The notes: generated from the sequence alone by a model not told the origin. A stretch of 64,000 bases of DNA from Candidatus Gottesmanbacteria bacterium (GCA_963790805.1 CAWBPL010000002.1:704696-768695); one strand, 5' to 3'; positions 11,150 through 39,882 are shown, numbered from the stretch's first letter. Translations and numbers: made by a program.

Positions 11150-11701
11150 TGAAATAAGGTCAAAATTGACCTATAATCAACTGATTTCATTAAGCTCCAT
11201 GAGTAGGCCTCTATAAATTTTATATAACGTACCAAATTTGAACCATTTCAGAGAGCGCTAGCGATCATATACGGTGACTGATTAAATTAAAGATCATTAT
11301 AGAGCCTCAAATAACAATTTTAACTTATATTAAATTGTTATATACATAATGTCGTAAAATATATTATCTAACATACAAAAATATCTTTTAGTAAATGATT
11401 ATACGATATAATTTTCACCGGAGAGGTGGCTAAATTTTTAGTATCATAGTTTTTTGAATTTGTGAAATATTATATCTTATAGAAAACACCTGTTTTTAGG
11501 TATTAATTAACCCATAGAAAACAGGGTAAAAATGACACTTCAAACCTTATAATAAAATAGTATAGGGAAATCGTGTTATTTAGCTTGATTTGACGATATT
11601 TCTAAAATCCGGCGTGCAAAAGGATTGCCGTTATGGCACAATAAAAGGGAGGTGAGGCAAATTAGCTTCAAATATACGGAAAGCTGCCTTCCTTATTATA
11701 T

Positions 11702-11950
11702 ATGGCGGAAATGCTGAAGGTTCGTATAAACTCGCCAGAGAGGCTTTTATGGGAGGGGGAGGCACTTTGGGTGTCTTCAAAGAATTCACAGGGTCCCTTT
11801 GACATCCTACCGTTCCACACGAATTTTGTTACTATCCTAGAAAATGAAACAATCCGTATAAATTCGGGTGACAAGGTAACTGAGTATAAATTTTCCCGAT
11901 CCGTCATCTACGTACACTCCAACAACGTGTACATCTATACCAACATCTAA
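11702..11950 (+). CDS. atpC: F1 ATP synthase subunit epsilon, N-terminal beta-sandwich domain only
   Basis: 82 aa. LKVRINSPERLLWEGEALWVSSKNSQGPFDILPFHTNFVTIL fits the epsilon N-terminal-domain pattern. The ORF ends where the C-terminal helical hairpin would begin. It is embedded in an AT-rich tract. Confidence 0.6.
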   Translation: MAEMLKVRINSPERLLWEGEALWVSSKNSQGPFDILPFHTNFVTILENETIRINSGDKVTEYKFSRSVIYVHSNNVYIYTNI

Positions 11951-31000
<19,050 letters not shown>

Positions 31001-31042
31001 TATGCGGGATTGGGGATTTTGCGCCTTGTTTTGAAAAAATAT

Positions 31043-34000
31043 ATGGATACAAAACGATCAAAACGATACAAACGAATACTGAAAAAGCTTGGAATGTGCG
31101 GATTTATTCTTATTCTTAGCTTCGAACAGTTGCTGTTGCCATGGCAATCAGCGATGGCGCAGAGTGCTGCGCCAAGCGATACACCGATCGCGACTCCGGC
31201 GCCGCCCACCAGCCCGACACCGACGCCTATGGATTTGTTTGACGGCCCGCCGGCTACCAATTCAGCAACTCTGCCTACACCGACGCCCACACTCGTGTTG
31301 ACTACGACGCCGACACCAACTCCGGCGCCGGTTATCACCATCCCGAATTATCCCTCTGCTACACCGACGCCGACGCCGACAGTTGCTCCGGATCTGGGGA
31401 CTTCAACCACGCAGGCGTCAGCAAACATCGTGGCAACTGCCGTAGCAAAACAACTCGGGCGGCGTGATTTCCGAAGCAGCGATCCCATTGACGTGACAGT
31501 CATGAATATCATGGATCCGGCAGCGCAGGGTGTTCACGTATCGCTTTTTGATGTCCGAGGGAACGAAACGCCGGTGACTATTGACCCGCTTCCGACGGGA
31601 GACGGGACAACCATATTTCGTATCGTCCCACCGGACGAGATGAAGCCCCGGAAAATATACCGCAAAAGTATTTCAAAACAACGAACTTATCTCCACGCAG
31701 TCATTTACGTGGGGTGTTTTGGCAGTCAATACGAACAAATCCGTATTTTCCCGGGTGAAGTTGCCGAACTTGCCTTTGCGGTTCTCGATGATGATGGGAA
31801 CATGGTATGTGATAATTCTGGTCTTGCAGTCACTATTACTGATCCCTCGGGCGTCAAGACAACCTTGAGTGTTGCCGATTCGACGATCACGTTAAACTCT
31901 GAATGTCAATTGCACCGTTATACGGAAAAACCCGATTATGAGGCAACATATCAAACCGGTGGTGCTGGCACGTACACGATGAATGTTTCAGTCGTCGTGA
32001 ATGGCGCGGCGCATGCTATAACGGATACATTTGAAGTGCAAACGTCCGCGCCGTTTGACATTGAACGCGCGACGGCAACACGTATTTATCCGTACGAGCC
32101 GTATACGGTGAATCTTTCCGTTACGGCGAACGAAGATTTCTCCGGCACAGTAACCGATTTTGTCCCTGATACGTTTACTGTGACGCCCGCGACAGGCTAC
32201 CGGTTGTTCGACGCGCTTACGGTTGTTCCTTTCGAGTCGGGTGCCGAGGCAAGCGGTTCGGGATACATATCACTTCGTTATCCGTTTGATGGACAATATG
32301 TGAAAACACTGGGTTTTGGGGAACAGCTCTACGATGCCGATGAAAAAAGCCTGTATCAGAAGTTTGGTCTTGCCGGTCATGACGGAGTGGATTTCGGTCT
32401 TCCTGAAGGGACAGCGGTTCTCGCGGCCGACAAAGGTACTGTTCTTTCTGCGGGACCGGGTGTGTACGGGAATACGGTCATCATTCAACACACATGGGGC
32501 CGGACGTATTACGGCCATTTTAGTCAAATTTCTGTTTCCGAAGGACAAACCGTTGCGCAGGGGGACACTCTCGGTCTTTCCGGCCATACGGGTCTTGCAA
32601 CCGGTCCGCATTTGCACTTCGGCATGCGGTTAAACGCATTTGATCCGACGAACGGTTATTTCGGAAAAATTGATCCGATGGAATATCTCGGGAAGACAGT
32701 CCTTGAGACCCAGACATTTGTTCAGGCTGTGAGCTGGCAGGTGACAATGAAAGCCGGAGACCAGCTTGCTTTGGGGTATCGGTATAAAGCGCCGGAAGTT
32801 TCTCCCGCGCTCTACTTTTCAGGACCGGTTCAAATGACCACAGTGACTCCAACCTCGCTCGTTTTGGGGAGCGAGGAAGCATCTCCAAGTGCGCAGGCTT
32901 CGCCGAGCGCTCAGTTGTCAGAAAGTTCAGAGGCGTCTCAGAGCGGGCAACTATCTTCGATTGACCAGCTTATTCAGACGGATGAGGCATCAGCAAGCGC
33001 CCTTGCTTCGCCCAGCGCACAGATTGCCGCGCCCGAACCCACATCTCCTGCAACCGTAGTATTCAGCGAAGTGCGCAGGTGGCAAATCGCATCGGATCAA
33101 ATTAATCGCCAAAGTAAAAAAGGCATGAACGTTGAGGCGGTAAACGCTGATACCCAGCCGAATGATTTTCTTGTGCAGGATCCGCAGGACAAAAAGCTCA
33201 AATCGTTCGTGGTGGACAATTCTTCAACGACAAAAAAAATCACGTATAAATCTTTGCGCGGGACTCAGCAGCAGGTATACGAAGACAACGATGTGACGGA
33301 TTTGTATGATAACAAACAGTTGTCTGCAGTGGGCGCCATTAAGCCCCAATATTGGAATGATGTGACACAGGCGTGGGAAGATTATCCAAGGGTAAATGAA
33401 TCGAAAGATGATTTCAAACAATCCAATACCGATAAAAAACGGGTTCGGTTTAACGGTAATATTCAAAGCAATCTTGGGTTGGGTGCGCAATTTACCCGGA
33501 AAATCCATACGATTAGTTCCGGCGATACGCCATCGATGAAAGAGGACTGGACTCTCACGGGTTCACAGAAAAAGCGCGTTGTCTGGGAAATTCAACTGAA
33601 ACAATTTGTCCTTAGCCAGTCGCGGGAAAATATTACGGCGAAGGTGGAAGACGGTTCGATACGACCGATCAACAAAGCCACCTACGGAAATGTGGAAATC
33701 GTTGCGCCGTATAACGGAAACATGAGCTGGGATGAAGATGCCACGACCGATACGGTGCGCATCTATTTTGAGCCGGACGGCGTTACCGGCGATCTGGTTA
33801 TAGATCCCACGATGTCCGCCACATCCACGTCGACGACCGTGACGGTATCATCAAGCGGGGTCTATAAAATCCGGTTTAACGCAGCACCCGGCATGGCGGA
33901 TCAACTCTATTTGCCCGATACTGACACAACGAATAGATTGTCGGTTGTGTCAAGTGCTGATATGGGAATGTGTATCCGAGATTACAGCACATTTGATACT

Positions 34001-35041
34001 TTTACGACATTTACAACGTCCTCGGTAACTCTATCGGAGAGCTCTTCGGTACGGATCGTCGTTACAGGTACGTGGACCAATGCCACACAGGACGCGACGA
34101 ACGTAAAATTTATTCTCTATCCTGACCGTATGACAGTTACCGAGCCTATCCATACCACGAGTGCAGCTACAGCACAATATAAACCGATTGTTTTTACCAT
34201 GCTTGCTTCTCTTGCCTCGGAGTTTAAGCAATTTAACAATACGACTCTTGATGGGAGCTGGACGACGATACCGACAACCAGCACGTGGACGTATACCAAT
34301 TTAGCCTACACAACTCAGGCTGCGGTGGTGAGAACGCACACAGCAACAGCGGATCCGAAATGGTATGTCGGGTATTGGACGTACACGCCTCGTGAAACGA
34401 GCGTGACGCAGTATCAAACGTATGGAGATGGCACGCTTGCCGTGTTGGCGCTTGGAAATACGAGTGTTTCCTTTACGGCCGGATCTACAAAAACAAACTA
34501 CTATCAAGTCATATTTCAAAACGGAAGCGCACTGGATGCTACATTTCAGCATGAAGGGCAGGATTACTGGAATCCGTATTACACCATGGTCACAGGGACC
34601 AAAGTGACCTCCGATACCGGCGATGCCAATACCGATGGATTTAACGAGGGTCAGGGGTATTATTCCACGCAAGCTGACGGCAATAACACCGTTGAGGTTT
34701 CATTCAGCGATACACGCGGGGCCTCGACAGCCTATACGTACTACGATCCGGTTATCAAAATTACCAACTGGACATGGAGCGGTATGGCGGTTGTTGAAAA
34801 ATCCACCGATAACGGTACGACATGGACGACCCTCACCGCCGGCACCGATTACAACATTACGTCAGACAGTGATGAAGCACAGGTCGGTGCCAGTACGCGC
34901 TATTTTCAGTATCTGGGTACCGTATCGGGATCAGGTTCGGCTACCACGCATTTTCGGATTACGTGGCAACCGGATATGGTGAACCTTATGCGTCACGGAA
35001 AAGCATATACCAATGGCGTGTATTATCCCTTTACTTTCTAA
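31043..35041 (+). CDS. large secreted protein with an M23 (LytM-type) peptidoglycan metallopeptidase domain
   Basis: HDGVDFGLPEGTAVLAADKGTV...GNTVIIQH...GHTGLATGPHLHFGMRL carries the HxxxD and HxH M23 motifs. Other parts are an N-terminal basic/TM signal, PT-rich linkers and a ~750-aa C-terminal region of unknown fold. I prefer ATG 31043 to the TTG 31010 used in the track. The gene contains a compensating frameshift pair at about 31649 and about 31752. Confidence 0.85.
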   Translation: MDTKRSKRYKRILKKLGMCGFILILSFEQLLLPWQSAMAQSAAPSDTPIATPAPPTSPTPTPMDLFDGPPATNSATLPTPTPTLVLTTTPTPTPAPVITIPNYPSATPTPTPTVAPDLGTSTTQASANIVATAVAKQLGRRDFRSSDPIDVTVMNIMDPAAQGVHVSLFDVRGNETPVTIDPLPTGDGTTIFRIVPPDEMKPRKIYRKSISKQRTYLHAVIYVGCFGSQYEQIRIFPGEVAELAFAVLDDDGNMVCDNSGLAVTITDPSGVKTTLSVADSTITLNSECQLHRYTEKPDYEATYQTGGAGTYTMNVSVVVNGAAHAITDTFEVQTSAPFDIERATATRIYPYEPYTVNLSVTANEDFSGTVTDFVPDTFTVTPATGYRLFDALTVVPFESGAEASGSGYISLRYPFDGQYVKTLGFGEQLYDADEKSLYQKFGLAGHDGVDFGLPEGTAVLAADKGTVLSAGPGVYGNTVIIQHTWGRTYYGHFSQISVSEGQTVAQGDTLGLSGHTGLATGPHLHFGMRLNAFDPTNGYFGKIDPMEYLGKTVLETQTFVQAVSWQVTMKAGDQLALGYRYKAPEVSPALYFSGPVQMTTVTPTSLVLGSEEASPSAQASPSAQLSESSEASQSGQLSSIDQLIQTDEASASALASPSAQIAAPEPTSPATVVFSEVRRWQIASDQINRQSKKGMNVEAVNADTQPNDFLVQDPQDKKLKSFVVDNSSTTKKITYKSLRGTQQQVYEDNDVTDLYDNKQLSAVGAIKPQYWNDVTQAWEDYPRVNESKDDFKQSNTDKKRVRFNGNIQSNLGLGAQFTRKIHTISSGDTPSMKEDWTLTGSQKKRVVWEIQLKQFVLSQSRENITAKVEDGSIRPINKATYGNVEIVAPYNGNMSWDEDATTDTVRIYFEPDGVTGDLVIDPTMSATSTSTTVTVSSSGVYKIRFNAAPGMADQLYLPDTDTTNRLSVVSSADMGMCIRDYSTFDTFTTFTTSSVTLSESSSVRIVVTGTWTNATQDATNVKFILYPDRMTVTEPIHTTSAATAQYKPIVFTMLASLASEFKQFNNTTLDGSWTTIPTTSTWTYTNLAYTTQAAVVRTHTATADPKWYVGYWTYTPRETSVTQYQTYGDGTLAVLALGNTSVSFTAGSTKTNYYQVIFQNGSALDATFQHEGQDYWNPYYTMVTGTKVTSDTGDANTDGFNEGQGYYSTQADGNNTVEVSFSDTRGASTAYTYYDPVIKITNWTWSGMAVVEKSTDNGTTWTTLTAGTDYNITSDSDEAQVGASTRYFQYLGTVSGSGSATTHFRITWQPDMVNLMRHGKAYTNGVYYPFTF

Positions 35042-35097
35042 GGGGGTATTGCCGGTGGAAAAAGTGTGGTATAACATGGTTATACAATTGTTGACAT

Positions 35098-35844
35098 ATG
35101 GATAACGCAAATAATCAAAATAGCCCGTCACAATCGTCTTCACGGCGTTTTATCAAAGGCGTTCATAGAGCGTCGTTTTCGCCGGTTGCCGAAGATATTC
35201 CGGGCATCGTTGTGACACCGCCATCGTATCAACCTCCGCCATCCGCAGATCCAATACAACCTGCGCCTGCGGCACCAGTTGCTGCGGCGCCGCCACCTGT
35301 GTCTCAGCCGGTTCAGGCAGCGCCAGTCTCTGTGACACCCAAGACAACCAAACCAAAGCGAAAGGGGTCGGTGGCCCGCACGATATTTTTCATTCTTCTG
35401 GGGTTTGTGGTTGCCGGCGCATCGGGCTATAGCTTTTATATGTACTGGGTTTCGCAGCAGCAGCTGTCCAAACTTCAGGCAGCCTCGCCGCAGACGATTG
35501 CAGATATGCAATCGCAGGATCTGGTAACAAAAGTGGGCCGCCACATGCTGTTGCCTGATGAGATACCGCTCATCCAGACCGTCACCGATGTCGCGAGCTT
35601 CAAAAATCAGCCGTTTTTTGCGCACGCCAAAGACGGGGATAAAGTGCTGGTGTTTTCCCAGCGGGCAATTCTTTACGATCCGGTAGCGGATAAAATTATT
35701 GAAGTCGGCGCCGTACGTCCGGTGACTCCGACGCCGGTTGCTCAGGCGCCGGAGCAGGCAAGCGGTTCCGGTGTTCCGGCCGTGGCAGGCGTGTCAACAA
35801 TCGCTGCCCCTACGCCCAAAATCCTTATTCAGAACGATAAGTAG
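35098..35844 (+). CDS. single-pass membrane protein with a Pro-rich N-terminus
   Basis: 248 aa. It has Pro/Ala-rich cytoplasmic low complexity, the TM helix IFFILLGFVVAGASGYSFYMYWV and a ~100-aa external domain. I recognise no family. Confidence 0.5.
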   Translation: MDNANNQNSPSQSSSRRFIKGVHRASFSPVAEDIPGIVVTPPSYQPPPSADPIQPAPAAPVAAAPPPVSQPVQAAPVSVTPKTTKPKRKGSVARTIFFILLGFVVAGASGYSFYMYWVSQQQLSKLQAASPQTIADMQSQDLVTKVGRHMLLPDEIPLIQTVTDVASFKNQPFFAHAKDGDKVLVFSQRAILYDPVADKIIEVGAVRPVTPTPVAQAPEQASGSGVPAVAGVSTIAAPTPKILIQNDK

Positions 35845-35862
35845 GCTTGTTCGCTATGACAT

Positions 35863-36120
35863 GCGGAGGCTTCGTTCGACGCTCTCGTCCAATATCTATG
35901 TATTAAAAGACAGAATCGGTCGTGCGGGTTTTCTCTGTTTGGGCTCCCGCTTACATTTTTTCGTCCTCACTAGTTGCGGGTCCTGTCAACTGTGTATTCC
36001 AGCGATATCCTCGTCCCGCACCGGATCTCAAATGGTGTATTATTTTATCTTCTGATCGCACAACGACCAGTTACAGTAAACAAAGAATCGAGAAGCATTC
36101 GTGCGGGATTCCGGATTCGC
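35863..36120. repeat. palindromic interspersed repeat, family D copy 1, with a degenerate reversed family-A-like insert
   Basis: GCGGAGGCTTCGTTCGACGCTCTCGTCC and GAAGCATTCGTGCGGGATTCCGGATTCGC match the arms of 61113-61259. The interior GTGCGGGTTTTCTC...CGTCCTC...TCGTCCCGC resembles the reverse complement of the family A arm. Confidence 0.6.
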
Positions 36121-36172
36121 TGGAAGTCCTTCACAGTTGCCACCCGCTTCGTCAAAAAAAATGAATATTGAG

Positions 36173-36317
36173 GAGCGCGATACGTGCGAGCTAACAAAAT
36201 TTTGTTCGGCTTCACTTTCTCTTTAGAAAAACGTGTCTGGACGGGTGAGCGCTTGAAACTGAAGACGAATCTAAATTTTCGTTTGCGAGCAACAGAAGAG
36301 CGCGACCGTTATGCGCG
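36173..36317. repeat. palindromic interspersed repeat, family B copy 2
   Basis: Aligns with the reverse complement of 5357-5481 over about 140 nt. Confidence 0.8.
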
Positions 36318-36338
36318 TTTCTGACAGGACCCATTTTC

Positions 36339-37082
36339 TTATTTCCTCGCCACCACCAAAAGCGTATCCCGCAAACTCGCCACCATAAGCATCAGGGCGT
36401 AGTTTGCGAATTTTCCGGCTTTTAACCAGATGGGGTCGGGAACCATCCGCCGTCTCATCGGCGTATAACTCACAAAATGGGCGGCACGTTCGACAGAAAA
36501 ATTCGTATGACGCATTAATGTCGTTACTTCATTCAATGTATACTCCCGATTATGCCGGTGATAGATGTTGCTCCCTAATCCTTCGTTATCCAAGACCTGA
36601 TGAAGGGGGTATGTGACGCTTTTTCCGAGTAATAATTTTGCGCGGTTAATGCTTCGGGCTATATTTGGGGTTGTCAAAAGAAGTTTTCCCTGAGGCTTCA
36701 GGACGCGATGCATTTCGTTGATTGCCCAAACAGGGGACTGCGGAAGATGTTCGAGGACCTCTGTACACAAGACAAAATCGAAAAAATTGTCGTCGAATGG
36801 AAATTTGTCGGTTTCAATGTTACAAATTTTGATTTTTTTACTTTTTATCGGTTCATGGGTGGAGGAAATTCCGTACACATTGTGTCCCAACATCTCCAGT
36901 GCCGCGCCGAAATGGTAGGGGAAACACCCGGCATCCAGAACCTTCCACTTTTTGTCGCCGGATAGCTCGACAATTTGTTCTAAGATATACCGGTATCGTG
37001 CCTCGTGAATAAGAAAGTACTCGTGTTCCTTGGGATTCGCGATTTTTGCTTCTACACTTCGAAGAATTTCCGTGACAGTCAT
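36339..37082 (-). CDS. class I SAM-dependent methyltransferase
   Basis: 247 aa. Motif I is VLDAGCFPYHFG, followed by DFVLCTEVLEHLP and LKPQGKLLLTTPN. Confidence 0.8.
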   Translation of the reverse strand: MTVTEILRSVEAKIANPKEHEYFLIHEARYRYILEQIVELSGDKKWKVLDAGCFPYHFGAALEMLGHNVYGISSTHEPIKSKKIKICNIETDKFPFDDNFFDFVLCTEVLEHLPQSPVWAINEMHRVLKPQGKLLLTTPNIARSINRAKLLLGKSVTYPLHQVLDNEGLGSNIYHRHNREYTLNEVTTLMRHTNFSVERAAHFVSYTPMRRRMVPDPIWLKAGKFANYALMLMVASLRDTLLVVARK

Positions 37083-37221
37083 GGAGTTAGTATATACCGC
37101 AAAAACTCAGGTATGCAACTCAGGTTTTTGAGTATAGACCAATCTAACCGGCTTAGCCGAAACTCAGCGAGGCGAGTAAGATTTTTGCAATTAATGCTAT
37201 TTGTGATATACTTCACCTCCT

Positions 37222-37554
37222 ATGACTATTAAAGGAAAAGCAACTGTATGGTCAGCACTCCTTGACGGACTTCGCAGAGTACCGGTAGACCTCGATTATA
37301 GAAGGGGTCTTCCTAACGGGGAAACTGGTAAGTTTTCTTTGGAGCAACAACGTGGAACTATTTATGACTTTACTCTCGTTGACGGGCCCGATGGAGGTCA
37401 TTACGAAGCTGAAGGAAACACGGAGGTTCTTGTTGATGGTCAGATTGCTTCTATGGTTGGTGACCTTCGAGACGGACAAACGATTAATGCAAGCGTAAGG
37501 GGTCAGGGACAGTTAGAGGCAAAATACCAAAAACCCAGCTTGCGGGAAGGGTAA
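37222..37554 (+). CDS. hypothetical protein
   Basis: 110-aa ORF with normal composition and no recognisable motif. Confidence 0.35.
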   Translation: MTIKGKATVWSALLDGLRRVPVDLDYRRGLPNGETGKFSLEQQRGTIYDFTLVDGPDGGHYEAEGNTEVLVDGQIASMVGDLRDGQTINASVRGQGQLEAKYQKPSLREG

Positions 37555-37605
37555 GCTTCGCTTCATCCTCAGGGCTAATTTCCTGCTTCGTGTTACAATA
37601 CTCCC

Positions 37606-39882
37606 ATGTCTTCTCAGGATCATATTCGTAACTTTGCCATAATCGCCCATATAGATCACGGGAAAAGTACCCTTGCGGACCGTTTGCTGGAAATTACCCA
37701 TACGGTGGCTATGCGCGACATGCAGGCACAGATCCTTGACAGCAACCCTATCGAGCGCGAGCGGGGAATTACGATAAAGCTGGCGCCGGTACGGATGCAT
37801 TACAGTCGCGGGGATAAGGGATTGGTATTAGGTATTACGCAGAAACCAAATGTAGTTTCCCCTAATACGAAATACGAAACCCCTAATACGATTGAGAATT
37901 ATATTCTCAATCTTATAGATACTCCCGGACACGTTGATTTTGGCTATGAAGTGAGCCGGTCGCTTGCGGCTTGCGAAGGCGCCATACTCGTTGTTGACGC
38001 GACGCAGGGCGTGCAGGCGCAGACTTTAGCCAATCTCCATCAGGCACGGGCTCACAACCTTACGATTATTCCGGTTATCAATAAAATCGATATGCCGCAC
38101 GCACGCATTTCGGAAACACGCGAAGAATTGCGGGCGCTGGATTTTCGCGATGAAGAGATGATAGAAATTTCCGCAAAAACCGGAGAAAATGTTGAAAAAG
38201 TATTGGAGGCAGTGATAGAAAAAATTCCTCCGCCGACCGGAAATTCTGAAAAACCGTTGCGGGCTCTGATATTTTCTTCACAGTATGATACCCATAAAGG
38301 AGTAGTTATTTTTGTACGAGTTGTTGATGGTACTTTACCTTTTGATACACATACGAGTATTCGCTTTATGTTTTCAAATGCCTCAATTACTCCGATAGAA
38401 GTTGGTTTTTTCATGCCTCAAATGTTGGCATCTGAGGCGATTAAAACTGGAGAAGTTGGTTACGTTGCAACCGGTTTGAAAGATGTCCGGTTCGCAAAAG
38501 TAGGCGACACGGTGACGGTAGGAAGGGTCGTCAACGCCACTGTACAGCCGCCTACGGCCCGCGAGCCGCTAGCGGGCTATAAGGAGCCTAAATCGATGGT
38601 ATTTGTGAGCCTGTTTCCAATACAGACTGACGCATTCAGCCGTGCACGCGAAGCTATGGAGAAATTGCGCTTAAGCGACTCGGCATTTAACTTCCGGCCG
38701 ATTTCGTCGCTCGCTTTAGGCAACGGTTTCCACTGCGGATTTTTGGGACTTCTGCATGCCGAAATCGTGCAGGAGCGCCTGTCGCGGGAATTTGATTTGA
38801 ATATGATTGCAACCGCGCCGTCTGTCGAATATCATCTGACCATCAAATCCGGTGTGTCGCTTTCCAAATTAGGCCTGACGGCATCAAATATAATTGATGA
38901 AGCCATGCGGGAAGAAGGCGGGTCGCGGGTGACGCGGATTGAGGGGCTCCCGTCGAGCGCCCGCAGCCCCGCTGCTACAGGAGACACAGAGCAGGAAAAT
39001 TCCGGTGTGAGTGCGAACGAAAAAACTCGACAAATCAAACAAAAGGAAACGGGCGAGGACGTCGGACGGGAGAAATCCGCGGCAGGACCCGACGTTCGCG
39101 CGGCTGAGGTCGTGAACGAACATTTAGATCCGTCTTCAGTTCTCTCGCGAAATCAGAGTGTCTCATCCATACAATCATTCTCGCTCGCAAATGAATCCGG
39201 ACAAAATGTTGTTCACTCCCCGCCGCGTGGTACTACCGTTGCTATCCAATCGGCCGCAGAATATCCGGATCCGACCGTGATTGAGGGTGTCCGCGAACCC
39301 ATTATGGAAGTGAAAATTTTTACGCCGAAACAATATGTCGGTGCCGTTATGCAACTATCTGAGGAAAAGCGGGGAGAGTATATTGATCTTAAATACGTCG
39401 GAGAGCAGGCGGAATTTACCTATCTTATCCCGCTTTCGGAAATGATTGTCGACTTTTTTGACAGGCTCAAGAGCGTTTCTGAAGGCTATGCCAGCCTTGA
39501 TTATAATTTTTTTGAATATCAGGCGGTGAGCGTCGCGAAAGTCGACATACTGGTCAATAAAGAAAAAGTCGATGCACTCTCGTTTTTAGCGGTGGAAAGT
39601 CAGGCCCGCCATCGGGCGATTGCTATTGTAGAGCGCCTCGCCGACGTTATTCCACGCCAGCAATTCCAGATTCCGATACAGGGGGCGATCGGCGGACAGG
39701 TAATCGCCCGAAGCGACGTCAAAGCATTTAGGAAAGACGTCATCCAGAAGCTCTACGGCGGTGACCGTACGCGCAAAGACAAACTTCTCGAAGCGCAGAA
39801 AAAAGGAAAAGAACGAATGAAATTAGTCGGGCGCGTCGAAATTCCCCAATCTGCTTTCTTTGAGGTGTTAAAGAGAGAATAA
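37606..39882 (+). CDS. lepA: elongation factor 4 (LepA) carrying two in-frame insertions
   Basis: IRNFAIIAHIDHGKSTLADRLL, DTPGHVDF, NKID, the LepA-specific C-terminal domain (DFFDRLKSVSEGYASLDYNF) and the tail KKGKERMKLVGRVEIPQSAFFEVLK. At 758 aa it exceeds the usual ~600 aa. Extra segments lie at about 37826-37900 and about 38850-39250. Confidence 0.95.
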   Translation: MSSQDHIRNFAIIAHIDHGKSTLADRLLEITHTVAMRDMQAQILDSNPIERERGITIKLAPVRMHYSRGDKGLVLGITQKPNVVSPNTKYETPNTIENYILNLIDTPGHVDFGYEVSRSLAACEGAILVVDATQGVQAQTLANLHQARAHNLTIIPVINKIDMPHARISETREELRALDFRDEEMIEISAKTGENVEKVLEAVIEKIPPPTGNSEKPLRALIFSSQYDTHKGVVIFVRVVDGTLPFDTHTSIRFMFSNASITPIEVGFFMPQMLASEAIKTGEVGYVATGLKDVRFAKVGDTVTVGRVVNATVQPPTAREPLAGYKEPKSMVFVSLFPIQTDAFSRAREAMEKLRLSDSAFNFRPISSLALGNGFHCGFLGLLHAEIVQERLSREFDLNMIATAPSVEYHLTIKSGVSLSKLGLTASNIIDEAMREEGGSRVTRIEGLPSSARSPAATGDTEQENSGVSANEKTRQIKQKETGEDVGREKSAAGPDVRAAEVVNEHLDPSSVLSRNQSVSSIQSFSLANESGQNVVHSPPRGTTVAIQSAAEYPDPTVIEGVREPIMEVKIFTPKQYVGAVMQLSEEKRGEYIDLKYVGEQAEFTYLIPLSEMIVDFFDRLKSVSEGYASLDYNFFEYQAVSVAKVDILVNKEKVDALSFLAVESQARHRAIAIVERLADVIPRQQFQIPIQGAIGGQVIARSDVKAFRKDVIQKLYGGDRTRKDKLLEAQKKGKERMKLVGRVEIPQSAFFEVLKRE
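38931..39090. repeat. palindromic interspersed repeat, family A copy 2, inside the lepA coding frame
   Basis: GACGCGGATTGAGGGGCTCCCGTCGAGCGCCCGCAG ... GGGCGAGGACGTCGGACGGGAGAAATCCGCGGCAGGACCC. The arms are the same as at 3313-3474, with a compensatory A>G / T>C change. Confidence 0.8.
39095..39220. repeat. family B-related repeat segment inside the lepA coding frame
   Basis: CGTGAACGAACATTTAGATCCGTCTTCAGTT matches CGCGAACGAAAATTTTGATGCGTCTTCAGTT at 5371-5401. GGACAAAATGTTGTTCACT resembles the other family B arm. Confidence 0.6.

Noticed and set aside
31010-31042. TTG 31010 as the start of the M23 protein
   Set aside because: ATG 31043 gives a typical basic-then-hydrophobic signal anchor (MDTKRSKRYKRILKKLGMCGFILILSF). 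The upstream 11 codons add nothing recognisable and begin only 10 nt after the previous stop.
38850-39250. Intein or self-splicing intron as the explanation for the lepA insertion
   Set aside because: I saw no intein junction residues or blocks (Cys/Ser/Thr at the N-junction, His-Asn at the C-junction, homing endonuclease motifs) and no group I or group II core motifs. The insert is made of the same palindromic modules as the intergenic spacers and stays in frame. RNA-level excision remains untested.
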